A stretch of DNA of 64,000 nucleotides, from NCBI RefSeq assembly GCF_018977255.1, contig NW_024704742.1:107324001-107388000 (forward strand), given 5' to 3'. Positions 1 through 12,007 of this stretch are shown piece by piece. Every line of letters begins with the position of its first letter. Within the stretch, counting starts at the first letter, position 1. Origin of the DNA: Callorhinchus milii (taxonomy: Eukaryota). Position numbers and translations under genes: made by a program. The notes below the pieces were generated by a model that ran no database searches, had not been told where the DNA came from, and worked only from the letters and a program-made list of their open reading frames with translations.

Positions 1-111
1 GTTTTTTGGTGCCCACCATTCCTCAGTATAACTGCACTGATCTCTCTTAGTATTGCACTCAACCTCCTTTACACTCTGGTATACAAAGATGAGAAAGGAA
101 GACTCCATCCC

Positions 112-345
112 AGAAACAAAAGCAGAAGTCACTGGGAACACTCAGCAGGTCAGGCCACATCTATGGAGACAGTAAAGTGAGTCAACGTTTCAGGTCCACG
201 ACCCTTCGTCAGAACTGTTGGAGGGTCGTGGACCCAAAATGTTGACTCACTTTCCTTTCTCCATAGATGCTGGCTGATCTGTTGAGTGTTTCCAGCGACT
301 TCTGTTTTTGTTTTCAGATTTCCAGCATCTGCAGTATTTTGCGCT
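112..345. mobile_element. Penelope-like retroelement terminal (pseudo-LTR) inverted repeat
   Basis: 112-206 and ~221-312 are imperfect reverse complements (e.g. ctcagcaggtcaggccacatctatggaga vs tctccatagatgctggctgatctgttgag). Contains a hammerhead-like motif; family assignment is from recall of chondrichthyan PLE ends. Confidence 0.6.
180..216 (-). ncRNA. Minimal type I hammerhead ribozyme-like motif
   Basis: Minus strand reads AGUU-CUGACGA-A-GGGUC(GUG)GACCU-GAAA-CG-UU-GACU: both core boxes, stem II, palindromic ACGU stem III and stem I AGUU/GACU. Confidence 0.5.
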
Positions 346-1544
346 TTGATTCTATCCCGGATTGTACATAATGGCAGCATTTGCAGTGTCAGTCAAATAG
401 CTGTGTGCTTAGTCAGGAAGATACCAAGGGAAATAATAGAGGTCATTTTCCTTTTGTCACTAAGCTTTTTTTATGAATTTCTGTCTCCTCCCCAGGGAAA
501 AAAATAACTGTCTGAAGATGCTACATTAGCGAGACACTTCCACTACAACAAGAAAAGCCACTAGCCACAGTAAATCAGGATCAAAGTGCAACTTCATATA
601 TTTATAGAGTTCAAGGCACTGAAACAGAAACAACATTTTCTATTTTTGAAGCCAGTAGTTCAAATGGAAGTTGATACATCGCTTCAACATCAAAGTGCTT
701 CGCAAGATTCACTGTAAAGTGTAGTGACTGTGTATTTTTGCAGGTGAACACTGTATGGCACAGTTCTGTTAGAAATTCAAACGAATAAACAACTAGAGCC
801 TGAGCCAATCCCTCCGCTTATCTTTGATTGGGGTCCAGTGTGCTATTGTCACTTGGACTAAAATTAACACAGGGAATTGCCAGACAGAGAAGCTGGTGAT
901 TGAGAAATGCACCTCTCTGTTGCTGAGGAGGTTAAGTTTCGGAGAAACAGAATTATGTGAACACAATTGAACACACATACATATTTGTTTTAACTAGCAA
1001 ATTAAACAGAGGCCTCATCTTTGCCCGGGGATTTGAATTGATGCCTCATGAATTTCTTTGGCACAAACTGCCTCCATCAGCAATTCTGGTGTTTGCTAAA
1101 GATATTTTTTTGGCTGTTTTCAGTGAGTTGCAAGTTTGTAGTTGCTGCTCCTGATTGTGTAAAGAAGGTCGAAATTCCAGTGGATTTACGCTGAAAGAGT
1201 TAAAACAATAAAACTATTCACGTGGGAATGTTAACACCACTCAATATCCACATATGAATGATTCTGAAGGCATCTGAATTGAAAGTTAAAAAAACACACT
1301 ATCAGTCAAAACTACAGGACCACCCACAATGTGACTGGGAATGATAAAACAAGGTCATTATTGGCTTCAGGAAAGTCTATCCAGCAACAGCAAAGATGGT
1401 GCCCACTTGAAATCAGAAGTGAGGGAAATTCTGCAGATCAAAAATGCATGAAGCTAACGTCTAAAGCTGTAAAGTAAATCAAAGAGTGACCAATAGATAA
1501 GCCATTCAGTTTTTAATAATTATCTTAAATCATGTCTATACAAC

Positions 1545-2345
1545 TGGTGTCCTGACAGAATGTCTGTCAGACATCAAGTCCTGGATGAGAACTAACTTTC
1601 TTCAGTTGAACCTCAACAAGACCGAGGCTCTCCTGATTGGCTCCCGTCGGCATCTCCTCACCTCAGGCGCTGACAGTATCACCATCCATGGTGGCACACT
1701 CCACCTCACTGAGCCAGTCCGGAACCTTGGGGTCTTGTTTGACCCTCAACTACCCTTTCTACCCCACATCTGCGCCATGACCCGCTCTGCCATCCCCCAC
1801 CTCAACAACGTCGCCCGGCTCTGACACTGACTCACACCGCAGGCCACTGAAAACCCTCATACATGCCTTCATTACATCGAGGCTCGACTATGCAAAGTCA
1901 CTGCTTGTCGGCCTCCCCAACTTCTACCTCCACAGGCTGCAGATCATTCAGAACTCTGCAGCCCGTGTCCTCCCCCGCACTAAGCTCTGTGACCCTATCA
2001 CCCCCGTCCTCGCCCAACTCCACTGGCTTCCCATCACACAGAGGATACAGTTCAAGATCCTGGTCCTCACCTTCAAAGCCCTCCATGGTCCTCTGTACCC
2101 ACCCTCTGGAACTCCATCCCGCAGTCCCTCCGTCTCGCCTCCTTCCTCGCCACCTTCAAGACCCACCTCAAGACTCTCCTCTTCGACCTTGCTTTCGATC
2201 TCCCTGCTTCCCCCCCTGCCCTCCACCCTCCCCCACCCTGACCCCCAGCTCGAACCTGTAACTCTGTCTGTCCAGGGTCTTGGGATGTCCTCCTGACGTG
2301 AAAGGCGCTATACAAATGTAATTTTGTTATTGTTGTTGTTGTTTT
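1545..2345 (+). mobile_element. L2 LINE 3' fragment (decayed RT C-terminus + 3' UTR + (TTG)n tail)
   Basis: [16 protein letters not shown]...[14 protein letters not shown] motif in DNA, tail gggatgtcctcctgacgtgaaaggcgctata + ttgttgttg. Confidence 0.9.
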
Positions 2346-4274
2346 ATGAGTTTAAATTGGCCAATTGTTCACTAGACAGAAATATATTATTTTTCCAAAT
2401 TTCTGTATCTTATTCTAGTGGGTGATCACTATATGTGAAGAATATATTCTAGCTCTTGTCCTAAAATTGCCCTCACATCCTTGTCCTGCTGCTTTGGCAC
2501 ATCTGAAACTAATTTTTCAGTTTTCTTGCTAAATCATATAGAGCACTTTATGTGCCATACTTGGATGAGAGATTAAATTAAAATCCTGTCTCCCTGTTCA
2601 GGTGAATGTTACGGCCAGGTGCTGTAAGAGAAGGGAGTTAATTTCTCATTGTGTCCTAGCCAACAATCACCCAGATAAAATTGTCATTCACCTCATGGAT
2701 GTTTGTAGGACATTTCTGTGCGCAAATTCTCTCCTTCAGGGAGGATAATCACTGATTTAGAAGTAGCGATGGGCAAGATCGGGAAGGAATTTGAAGATAA
2801 AGATCTTGAAGTTTATCTGCTGGGGTATTGGGAGCCAGTGTAGCCTTGTGAGCACGGAGGTAATTGGTATGCAGAGCATTCTAATGGGTAAGTCAAATGA
2901 TACTTCTATCAGTTCATTCATGTGTCTTACTGGTTTTTTTAAAATAATCGTTCAATGACTTGCTCCTCAATTCCTGTGTAAGTACCTCAGTTGAAACTGC
3001 TCTCCCTTTGCTGTGTTGTGTTTGACACAGAATTACCCAGGAGACAAGCCGATCAAATCCTGACTGTTAATTTTAAAGGTATGCTCCTGCCTGGATCAAT
3101 CTAACCGTAAAATAAAATGATAACACACCGATAACATCTAAAAAGAAAATGGAACTTTTCTTTTCAAAGTAACTCTTTCATTTAAAAAGAAAGGCAAAGG
3201 AATGAACCTGTAGCTCTGGTAGGCCGACCAATTTGGATACCATCAGTGTGAGGATGCTATAGCTCACCTCTCCGACCCTGTTCTTCACTATAATTCATGC
3301 TACAGAATCCCGTTACAATGTCTGTCAGTCTACCTGACCCAGACTGACTTGGAAGCACCACTATGACTAACAATCTGAGTATTTGATTCATTATTAACAC
3401 AAACAATGGAAAGTTTGTCGTATCATGTTGATTCGCTAGTGAAAATGGCAAATAAAAAAATTGTAAGATTTATTGTACTGATAAACTTTCAGAGTCTCAG
3501 GTATAAGCCTATGAGTATGTGGTTAAGTTTAAAAACAAGCGTACATGTTAGGGTCCTTTTAATGTTGCCAACTTTCAGCTGTTATCTTAAGACTTGTTTG
3601 CTTCAAGTTTTTGGAGGCTTAATGATGGGTTTAAAAAATATTATCACTGAGATAGGGAAGGGAATGTTATCCACTGAACCTGGCTGAAAAGTGCTTCCTT
3701 CATCTTTGAACAAGGCCACATGGTGAAGTAACAAAGAGAGGCGCATTACAAGTTAACTCATTGGCTTTAAGAGAAAAGGAAGAAAATTAATGGTCTAGAC
3801 TAGAGCAAAACAAAATCTCCAATACATTACTTTAGAGCTTGGTGTTTTCTGTATATGAGGAACGCCATCATTCCATGATGTGATTTTCTATGGGTAAGCT
3901 ATTAATGTGCTTTTCAATTTTACAGACATACATACAAAGGTCTGAACAGTAAACTATGTCGTTCCAGGAGAGGCTCCTTTTATAAAGTGAATGAAACAGG
4001 GCAATTAAAAAACCTGTGCTTCTGTGTATACTCTCATCTTAACTCCTTAATTCTGCAACACAAAGTGAGACAATCCCAGACAGACAAATTTAATGAGGAA
4101 AATCAGAGATATGGAAAAAAGCTTGGGAAATGAAATTGAAAGATCTGCCATTCTTTTAAGGTCTCAGAGCACACATCTGACATCTGTTCCTATGTTCCCA
4201 AGTGCTATGTTGGCTATTTGGTTACTGTTATTTGAATCAAATATTAATAAAATAATGATAATTCAAAATTGTCA

Positions 4275-5016
4275 AAATGTCTCAAATCACATTTCATAGG
4301 ATTTATTGCAAAATGCAATGACTGTGTATTTGTAGGTAAATGCAACAACAGCAACAACAACAAAATTACATTTATAGAGCGCCTTTCAAGTCGGGAGGAC
4401 ATCTCAAAGCACTGAACAGTTAGGTGTCGGAGCCCGAGCATGGGGGAGGGGTGGTGTAGGGGTGAGGGAAGGCAGAGAGGTGGGAGGGCAACCAAAGGCA
4501 CGGTCGAAGAGGAGGGTCTTGAGACCGGCCTTGAAGGAGGCAAGGGAGGAAGCGAGGCGAAGGGGCCGTGGGATGGAGTTCCAGAGTGTGGGGGCATAGA
4601 GGCTGAAAGCCCGGCCACCGATGGTAGGGAGGGTCGGGCAGGAGACATGGAGCAGGCCGGAGCCCGCTGAATGGAGAGAGCAGGCAGGTTGGTAGGAACG
4701 CAATGCAATTTGCATACAACAATTTCCGACATACAGCCATCAAATGAATGACCAATTTTTTTCTGGCAGGATATTGAACACTGGAAGAAACTCCCTTCTG
4801 TTGTTAAGTACTGCTGTGGGACCTTTAACATCCACCTGAACACAGGTGGATCTTGGTTTAACCTTTCATTCAAAGGTTGGTGTCTCTGACAATCCAGTGC
4901 TCCCCCATCATTTCACTGCAGTGTCAGCCTAGATTATAAATTCAAAATTTTGAATTTAATCATTAACCCATAACTTTCTGATGCAGAAGAGTGCTACCGA
5001 TTACACCAAACTGACA
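4275..5016 (-). mobile_element. Older Deu-type SINE (SacSINE1/AmnSINE-like), split by the L2 fragment
   Basis: Tail at 4275-4345 and body/head at 4700-5016 (ctctgacaatccagtgctcccc...cactgcagtgtcagcctagatt). Similar to copies at 6671-6960 and 57325-57725. Confidence 0.6.
4345..4700 (-). mobile_element. L2 LINE 3' fragment inserted into an older SINE
   Basis: Reverse complement of the L2 3' end ([19 protein letters not shown]), with a (CAA)n tail at 4345-4362. Confidence 0.85.
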
Positions 5017-5023
5017 CCTTTGT

Positions 5024-5344
5024 GGAGTCCTGTAGCTCAGTGGTTAGAGCACTCGCTTTGCAAGCGAGAGACCTGAGTTCAATTCCAGGCAGGGCGAAAC
5101 CTTGGGCAAGTTTGCTTACTCCACACGGCTAATAATAATCCCTCCAAAACAAAAAAACAATAATAAATTGGTTATTTTCAATCTACGACTGTTTGTGGGA
5201 CATTGCTGTGTGCAATTGGCTGCCGCGTTCGCCCACAAATATACAGTCAATTCACTTTACAGTGTGTTCTGTGAAACGCTTTGGGATGTCCTCCCGACGT
5301 GAAAAGCGCTATATAAAATGCAAGGATTATTATTATTATTATTA
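5024..5344 (+). mobile_element. tRNA(Ala)-derived SINE, short form, full length
   Basis: Head ggagtcctgtagctcagtggttagagc (A box)...gagttcaattcc (B box) with ttTGCaa anticodon-like loop. Central gctgtgtgcaattggctgccgcg domain, L2-like tail, (TTA)n end. Confidence 0.9.
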
Positions 5345-6670
5345 CCTTAGAACCATGGTAATGCATGGCACAGTAAGAGGCCATTCAACTCATTGCAAGA
5401 TGATTCAAAATCAAAGCCAATCAAAAGCCACTCCAAACCTGGCATGCATGTGGTGTATCTCCGGGATGATCCTGTTTAAGTGTTTATTGTAGTCGGGCAG
5501 ATTTCATTGGAAAAATCGGGTCTTGACATTGGGATCGTTAAAACCAGAGGTTTGTTACATCAAATGCAAGGATTATTATTATTATAAGCAGGGTTTGTTA
5601 TAGTGAGGTTCAATTGTATTTTGTGTCAGTGTTTGCTGTTTAGACAGCCCATCCATCATAATACCAATTCCCTGCTCTTTCCCTTATCTGATAGAACCAT
5701 AAATTGATTTAATACATTAAATAGTTTTTTTACATTTTAACTCCTGCTGAAGTAGTGAACGTCTCTGATTACTGTGAATGTTATTGCTATCCTTGAAAAG
5801 GACCAATAACACCCAGTTGAGTCCTGCAATGTTTTTAACCTGACAATATCTTAAATCTTCTGTGTTCCATTTCTAATTGGTGAATAATTCATTTCAAGTT
5901 AAATAAGCAATTAACGAGTTTATACCATCTTGTTTAGTTGATCATGCATCAATTTTGCCTCATTATATTCAATGAATACATGGATATGTACCACAAATGA
6001 ATAATTCAAATTGCCATCAATATAATTAGAGCATTGTGTGACCATTGAACAAAGTGAGATCACAACAGCTAGAAAGAAAGACATTTGTTTCTGAAGTAAG
6101 ATTTAGTCAGAATATAATTTGGCTCATCATTCTGAACAGCTATTCAGGTTTCAAAAGTAGCTCGTTCATCCACAGTGAGTGTTTGATCTAACAACAAATT
6201 GGACGAATTATGCAAAACAATTAGTGCAACCATATGTAGATGATTATTTCTGTATTTTAATAAGAGAGATTTTGAGAAGTGATATGAAAAGGGTAGCTTT
6301 ATACTTGCACATAGGAGGGGCTGCAATTTTTGCAATCAGTCTTAGAAAATAAGCAAAATTTCCACTCACTTTAGCTGCTTTTCATGTTTAAAAATACTGC
6401 AGTGCATTTACAATGCAGATCTTTTGTTATCACCAACCTAATTTTTTATTCAATGAAATATTAAGAAATATATCAATATGTAAACTATCTATTTTGTATC
6501 CATATTAATTCGTCCAGATTGAAGTTAGTTGGATTTGTAAAGCAGTTAATAGCCTTGACATGCAGAATTTTCATTGGTTTATTGCCTGTGAGACATTTCT
6601 GAGAGTTTGGCTGCTGTGCTTGCCTACATAAAATTGTACATTAAATACAAGGGTCTTATTTATTTATTTG

Positions 6671-6960
6671 TTAGCCTGACTCAGTTGGTAGCACTCTCAC
6701 CTCTGAGTCAGAAGGTTGTGGGTTCATACCATACGTAGGGCCTTTGAGCTCATGGTCCATACCAACATTTCGAGCCAGTGCTGGCATGTTTTGCTTTGTT
6801 GGATGTGCTCTTCCTTTGGAAACAGGTCTCGAAAGCCTATTGAGGTTGAACATCCCATGGCACTATTAAAGAAGAGAAGAAAGTTTCTTCCGGTGTCTTG
6901 GTCAACATTCCCTCAAATAAAACTGGCTGTTGCAATTGTTGGTTGGCCAATAGGAAATGT
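6671..6960 (+). mobile_element. Older tRNA-headed Deu-type SINE, 5' part
   Basis: ctcagttggtagcactctcacctctgagtcagaaggttgtgggttc head, then cccatggcactatt...gaagag core. Confidence 0.65.
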
Positions 6961-7709
6961 GATACCAAGTTTTATCATTCACATTTTGAAAAGAAAATAT
7001 TCTAAGCAAGAATGAAAACTTATGTATTTGTCGTTTTCTTTGGTCAATCGTGTGTCTGACATGTGCGAAACCCATCACCATACCTAAAAAATTTTTGGTC
7101 AGCTGGGTGTCTGACATATTCGGAAAATCATCACCATGCTTAAGAGTATCCAATCCATACTGAGAATTCTATATGTGTATGCCATCTACATGTGGAAAAC
7201 AGTTACCAGATATTTAGACTTTACCCTTGTGTTAGTTGCTAGTTTCACTGAGTGAAGATGATTTTTTGCTGAATTTTTAAAGGATTTCTTAATTAAGAAA
7301 TCTAGAAGTCCATGATGCCAACTTACAGGAATGCGGCATTAATTACATTTATGTTCAGAGCAGGGTTCTCTTAAATCAGAGTGACATTTGAGACATCAAG
7401 CTTTTAATGTTAGAAATACACAGGAACTGGTTAAAGTCGGTAAATATAAAGTTAAAATATACAGGTCAGAGACAATAGAGATGAAGAAATTTATTTCAAA
7501 ATCCCAATAGGTGAGCTGAGAACTTACAGGACCAGTCACCCAAAGACAGGATTAAACTGTGGATGACTTTTTTGGTGCCTTTTTTCCATCAGCTGCATTT
7601 CAGTGAAACCCTGGAGAATTTCCACAAAAAGGAGTCAACGATAGTTTTGTGCCTTCCTATAAAAAATGTTACTGTAGTGTTAAAGTCATCTTTCTTAAAT
7701 AATAAATAA

Positions 7710-7910
7710 TATTAATAATAATCCTTGCATTTGATATAGAGCTTTTCATGTCTGCTCGACATCTCAAAGCGCTTCACAGAATAGACTGTAAAGTGAATTG
7801 ACTGTATATTTGTGGGCGAATCGCAGCAGCCAATTGCGCACAACAGTGTCCCACAAACAGTCGTAGATTGAAAATGACCAATTTATTATTGTTTTTTGTT
7901 TTGGAGGGAT
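7710..7910 (-). mobile_element. tRNA-SINE 3' half
   Basis: Reverse complement of the 5140-5344 part of the SINE. Confidence 0.85.
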
Positions 7911-8407
7911 TGGAGTAAGCTGGCTCATCAGGTTTGAGTCTTTCCTGAGAGCATTGCACAGAGATGGCTTCAGTAGCCACCACAGTTGAAGCTCACTGCC
8001 CGATCGCTTCTGCCTGCCACCAACCGTTGGTTCTTCTTCCCTGGCAGGAGGTCCTTCTTCCAAGGGTAGAGGACTTCTGTGAGGTCTATCTGAGGGAAGA
8101 CGTGCGACAGCCGAGCTTTCATCAGCTCCCTTTCCAACATGGCAGTCCTGAAACGTTCTACGTTGAGCTCCTTGCAGAGCTGTGCTGCTGATTTTTCCAT
8201 TGTTCTGCGAAGTGTGAGGTGAAGGCATCTCAGTTGGATTTGGATGAACCGTCAACTTCAGTAGACCGCACAATTCATGTGACAACTGCAAAGGTATTGT
8301 GGGAAGGTTGCCTTTTCTGATGTAATGCCAGGCCATGTAAAAGCCAATAAAAGTGCATTTGCAGACTTTTGTCAGGACTGTACTCATCTTCTGTAACCAG
8401 CAACCCA

Positions 8408-8689
8408 TGCTACTGCTTCCCGTCTCACTATTTCTTAAGTGAGTCCAGTATGTTAGCCTTTCCTTCCCAATTCAGCTATCGATTATCTCTTGCAAAAAAA
8501 AATCATGTTGTGTTTCCTGGCATTGTGCTTTGCAACTTTAAAATGTGCTACTGCTACTGCTTCCCGTCTCACTATTTCTTAAGTGAGTCCAGTATGTTAA
8601 CCTTTCCTTCCCAATTCAGCTATCGATTATCTCTTGCAAAAAAAATCATGTTGTGTTTCCTGGCATTGTGCTTTGCAACTTTAAAATGT
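8408..8689 (+). repeat. Near-perfect tandem duplication of ~139 bp
   Basis: 8408-8546 and 8552-8689 differ by one substitution and one A-run length. Confidence 0.95.
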
Positions 8690-9949
8690 TGACCTCTTTT
8701 TTTACCGCTTTGGTTGTATGTGAAGTTATTGTACTGAATTTATACACTCAAACCCATTTAGCATGTTATAAACCTCTCTGAAGTTCACCTTATAGATGTC
8801 TCATTTCAAGGATGAAAAGTCCTAGTTTATCTTGTAGATAATAAATAATGTGTAGCACAAATCCTATATTTGGAATGATTTTGAAATTTCGCTCCTATGT
8901 CTGAACCGAAAACAGTGTCACATAATCAGTATTGTCAAGGACAAGTTTCAGAAAAGATGCTTATCGCATGCTTAACAGCAGAATGGTAAATGTTCATACT
9001 GTAGTTCTTGCTTGATTATCTTTGGGGTGGGGGGTGGGGAAAGAAATATCTGTGGAAAAACTTCTGCAGAAAAGTTAGTGATGTCCTTGGTGAGGTGGGT
9101 TTTAAAAGGTCGATGGGAGCAGTAGGTTTAATGGGTTGACTGGCCCTCACCCCTTCCATGCTTTCATATGTACTTCTGATTCTCAAAGGTAATCTAGCAA
9201 AAACTCCAGACCATCCCCACACCTCCACAGGCTTGGTTTTCTTCCCTTCGTAGATAACATACTCTCCACATTTTTCGAGGCTGAAATGGTACAAAAGAAA
9301 TTAGTGTATTTTAGAGTATTTGATCATCTGAGTCTGTACCTGTCTCTTATTTCCAATGTTGTTCTCATGCAGGTAGATATCCAATTCTTTTTGAAAGCAT
9401 GCCATTGAAAACACAGCAATATTTCACATATCTGTGAATAAATTTGAATTCTTTCATTGGCTTTTTAATCCAGAATATGGACAAACTGTGCCAATAGATT
9501 TTAATGGAGATAAATGGATACGATACAAAATGGAACATTACCAATTTTGGAGAATGGAAAACATTTGGTGTGATTATAGATCAGTCAATGAACATTTCCA
9601 GTCAATGAAAAGCTCCCGTCAACAAAGTTGATCAACTAATAGATTGTTTCTCAAAGCCAATTGACTATAAGCCAAGAGTAAATTATTCTAGCCTTGAATG
9701 GATCACTGGTAAGGCCATATTTAGGAAATGCTGCATAATTTTAGATATCAAACTTATAAAGGATATTAAGGCATTGCAGAAGATTCTGAGAAGAGCAACA
9801 AGCAAGATTCTGAGATTCAGCCCATTAAATTATGAGAGGCTCGAGAAGTTTAACCTGGTTTATGTGGAAATAAGATTGAGCGCCAGTATTTAACATGATG
9901 ACAGGCAAAGATATTATTATTATAAAATGATGATGTGAGAAGACTAGAA

Positions 9950-10520
9950 TTTATATCCAGACTAGATTACATAACTCTGCTCACAGGATTACCTGCCTCT
10001 ACCCTTCACACGTTGCAATCTATCCAAAATTCTGCAGCTCATGTGCTTTGCAACACTAGGTGGGCGAGCCTATCACCCCCCCCCCATTCTTGCCCAACTC
10101 CGCTGGCTCCCCATCCCCCATTAGACTGAGTTCAAGATCCTCCTCCTGACCTTTAAATTCCTCTCTGGTCTTGCCCCACCCTCCCTCAGTGACCTTGTTA
10201 AACCCTACAAACCCGGGTGTTCTCTCCACATTGCCAGCATCGGCCTACTTCATGACACCTGCCCCACCCACCCATTGTCGGTGGTTGTGTTTTCAGAGTA
10301 CCTCTCTGAAACTCCATTGTGAAATCCCCTAAACTTGCCCCTTCCCGCACTTCATTCAAGGTCCGCCTCAAGACCTTCCTCTGTGCCTCTGCTTTTTTTC
10401 ATCTTTCACCCCTCAGTCGCTCACTCTCCACCGCCCACCCCCAACTTGGGCACAAACCTAAACTGTCCAGCTCTTTGGAATGTCCTCCTGACAAAAAACG
10501 TGCTATACAAATGTACATTT
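9950..10520 (+). mobile_element. Degraded L2 LINE 3' fragment
   Basis: SRLDY...IQNSAA motif, gagttcaagatcctcctcctgacc, tail ggaatgtcctcctgac...gctatacaaatg. Confidence 0.8.
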
Positions 10521-12007
10521 GTAAAAAATATGTTTCCCCCCCCCCCCCACAGAATAGCGCATTGAGAAGGGACCCAATCAAAACAGTTTCTGTTCCATTA
10601 ATGCACTGTGTTTAAAAACAAACTGAATAAGAATATTCTTGAACTGTGTTGGGTCTAAAAAGTGTTATTTGTAACAGGAATTGCAATAATAACCATAATA
10701 ATAATTTATTAATTTGATCCTATAAAATCCAGAATGATTCCAAAAACTTCAGATCTTGGACGTGCTTTGAATCTGTTATGAACCAATGGAATTTTAATCT
10801 ATAATGATTATTGGTTTCAGGTCTGAATATCCCTGCAGCTTTGGTACAAAGGTTTGCTTCATAGGATATTTTATACTACAGTAGATTTATATCAAATCCA
10901 AAGCAGGATCTGAATGCTACTTTATAGGTTAACAGCCGAGCAAAGTAGGAATCCTATATTTAGATTCAGATCTAGAGATCTTCTTTGCCAAATAGTGGTC
11001 TAAAAATAATTTTAGTGTAAAACATTAAAGTTAAAAAGCCATTCTATCAGCTAGGAATCCCCAATCCCTACATTTTAAAAATATGGTGGGCAATTTGATG
11101 AAGAGAAGCCTGAGGGAGGAACCATTCTCCCAAAGTTCCATCATAAACTTGTTTAAAAATCCATATTTAAAAATATGCTACTTTAATTCTAACTTTTGAA
11201 TATTCCTTAATTATTTATGGTAATGATTAAGAAAAGCAATGTTGGCAGTTTTGACCCCAGGGTCTGTATACAAGCAAGCTTCTTCAGTTCTCCAAAAATG
11301 TGCCATCTCATGCAAGGTTATAAGAATAGTGTTGAGCCCTGGCAACACAGCAAAAAAGGAAAAGCGTGGCATGATACAAAGCAGGGCTCAGAGGTTGCTT
11401 CTGGAGTCACTAGGCTCATCTCAAGTCAGCATTCAAGCCCCAGAAACAAAAACAGCCACTTTATTGCCCATAAATATTGGAGTTTTTTGGGGGGTCAGCC
11501 AGGTGTCTGACACATGCGGAAACCCTTCACCACATGCTTAAAAATATCCCAAATATTTGTAAGCGATAAACAATCTCCATTTAAAACTATGTGACTCTGC
11601 TGGTAAAGGAAATACCGTTGCCTGCTGGTAAGTCTACCTTGATTATCTATTAGTGAAGTACTTATTATTCTGTTGATACTGCACACTTGCATCAATTTCT
11701 TCCTACCCATACTCAAAAACTCAATTCCATTTTAATTACAGATTGCAATTTTGAAAGATTAAAGTCCTGCAGCATATCCAGATCTTACTACGTTTGTATC
11801 TGACACATGTGCTGCAGGTTGGTCATTAAATCTGACTGTGTAAGTTAACTGATGAGTCAGCGATAGAGTGCGCGCACTGGCCAAGCATAGAGAGAGGGAG
11901 AGAGAGAGAGAGAAATCCTAGGTGTTTAGGCACTCGACATTGTACAGAGTTCTGAGAATGGAATCGGCCAACCAGGAAGAGAAGATTGTAGTTTAGATAC
12001 TTTAGAT

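Noticed and set aside
5024..5100. tRNA-Ala gene
   Set aside because: The acceptor stem is not closed and it runs into a SINE body found in many copies.
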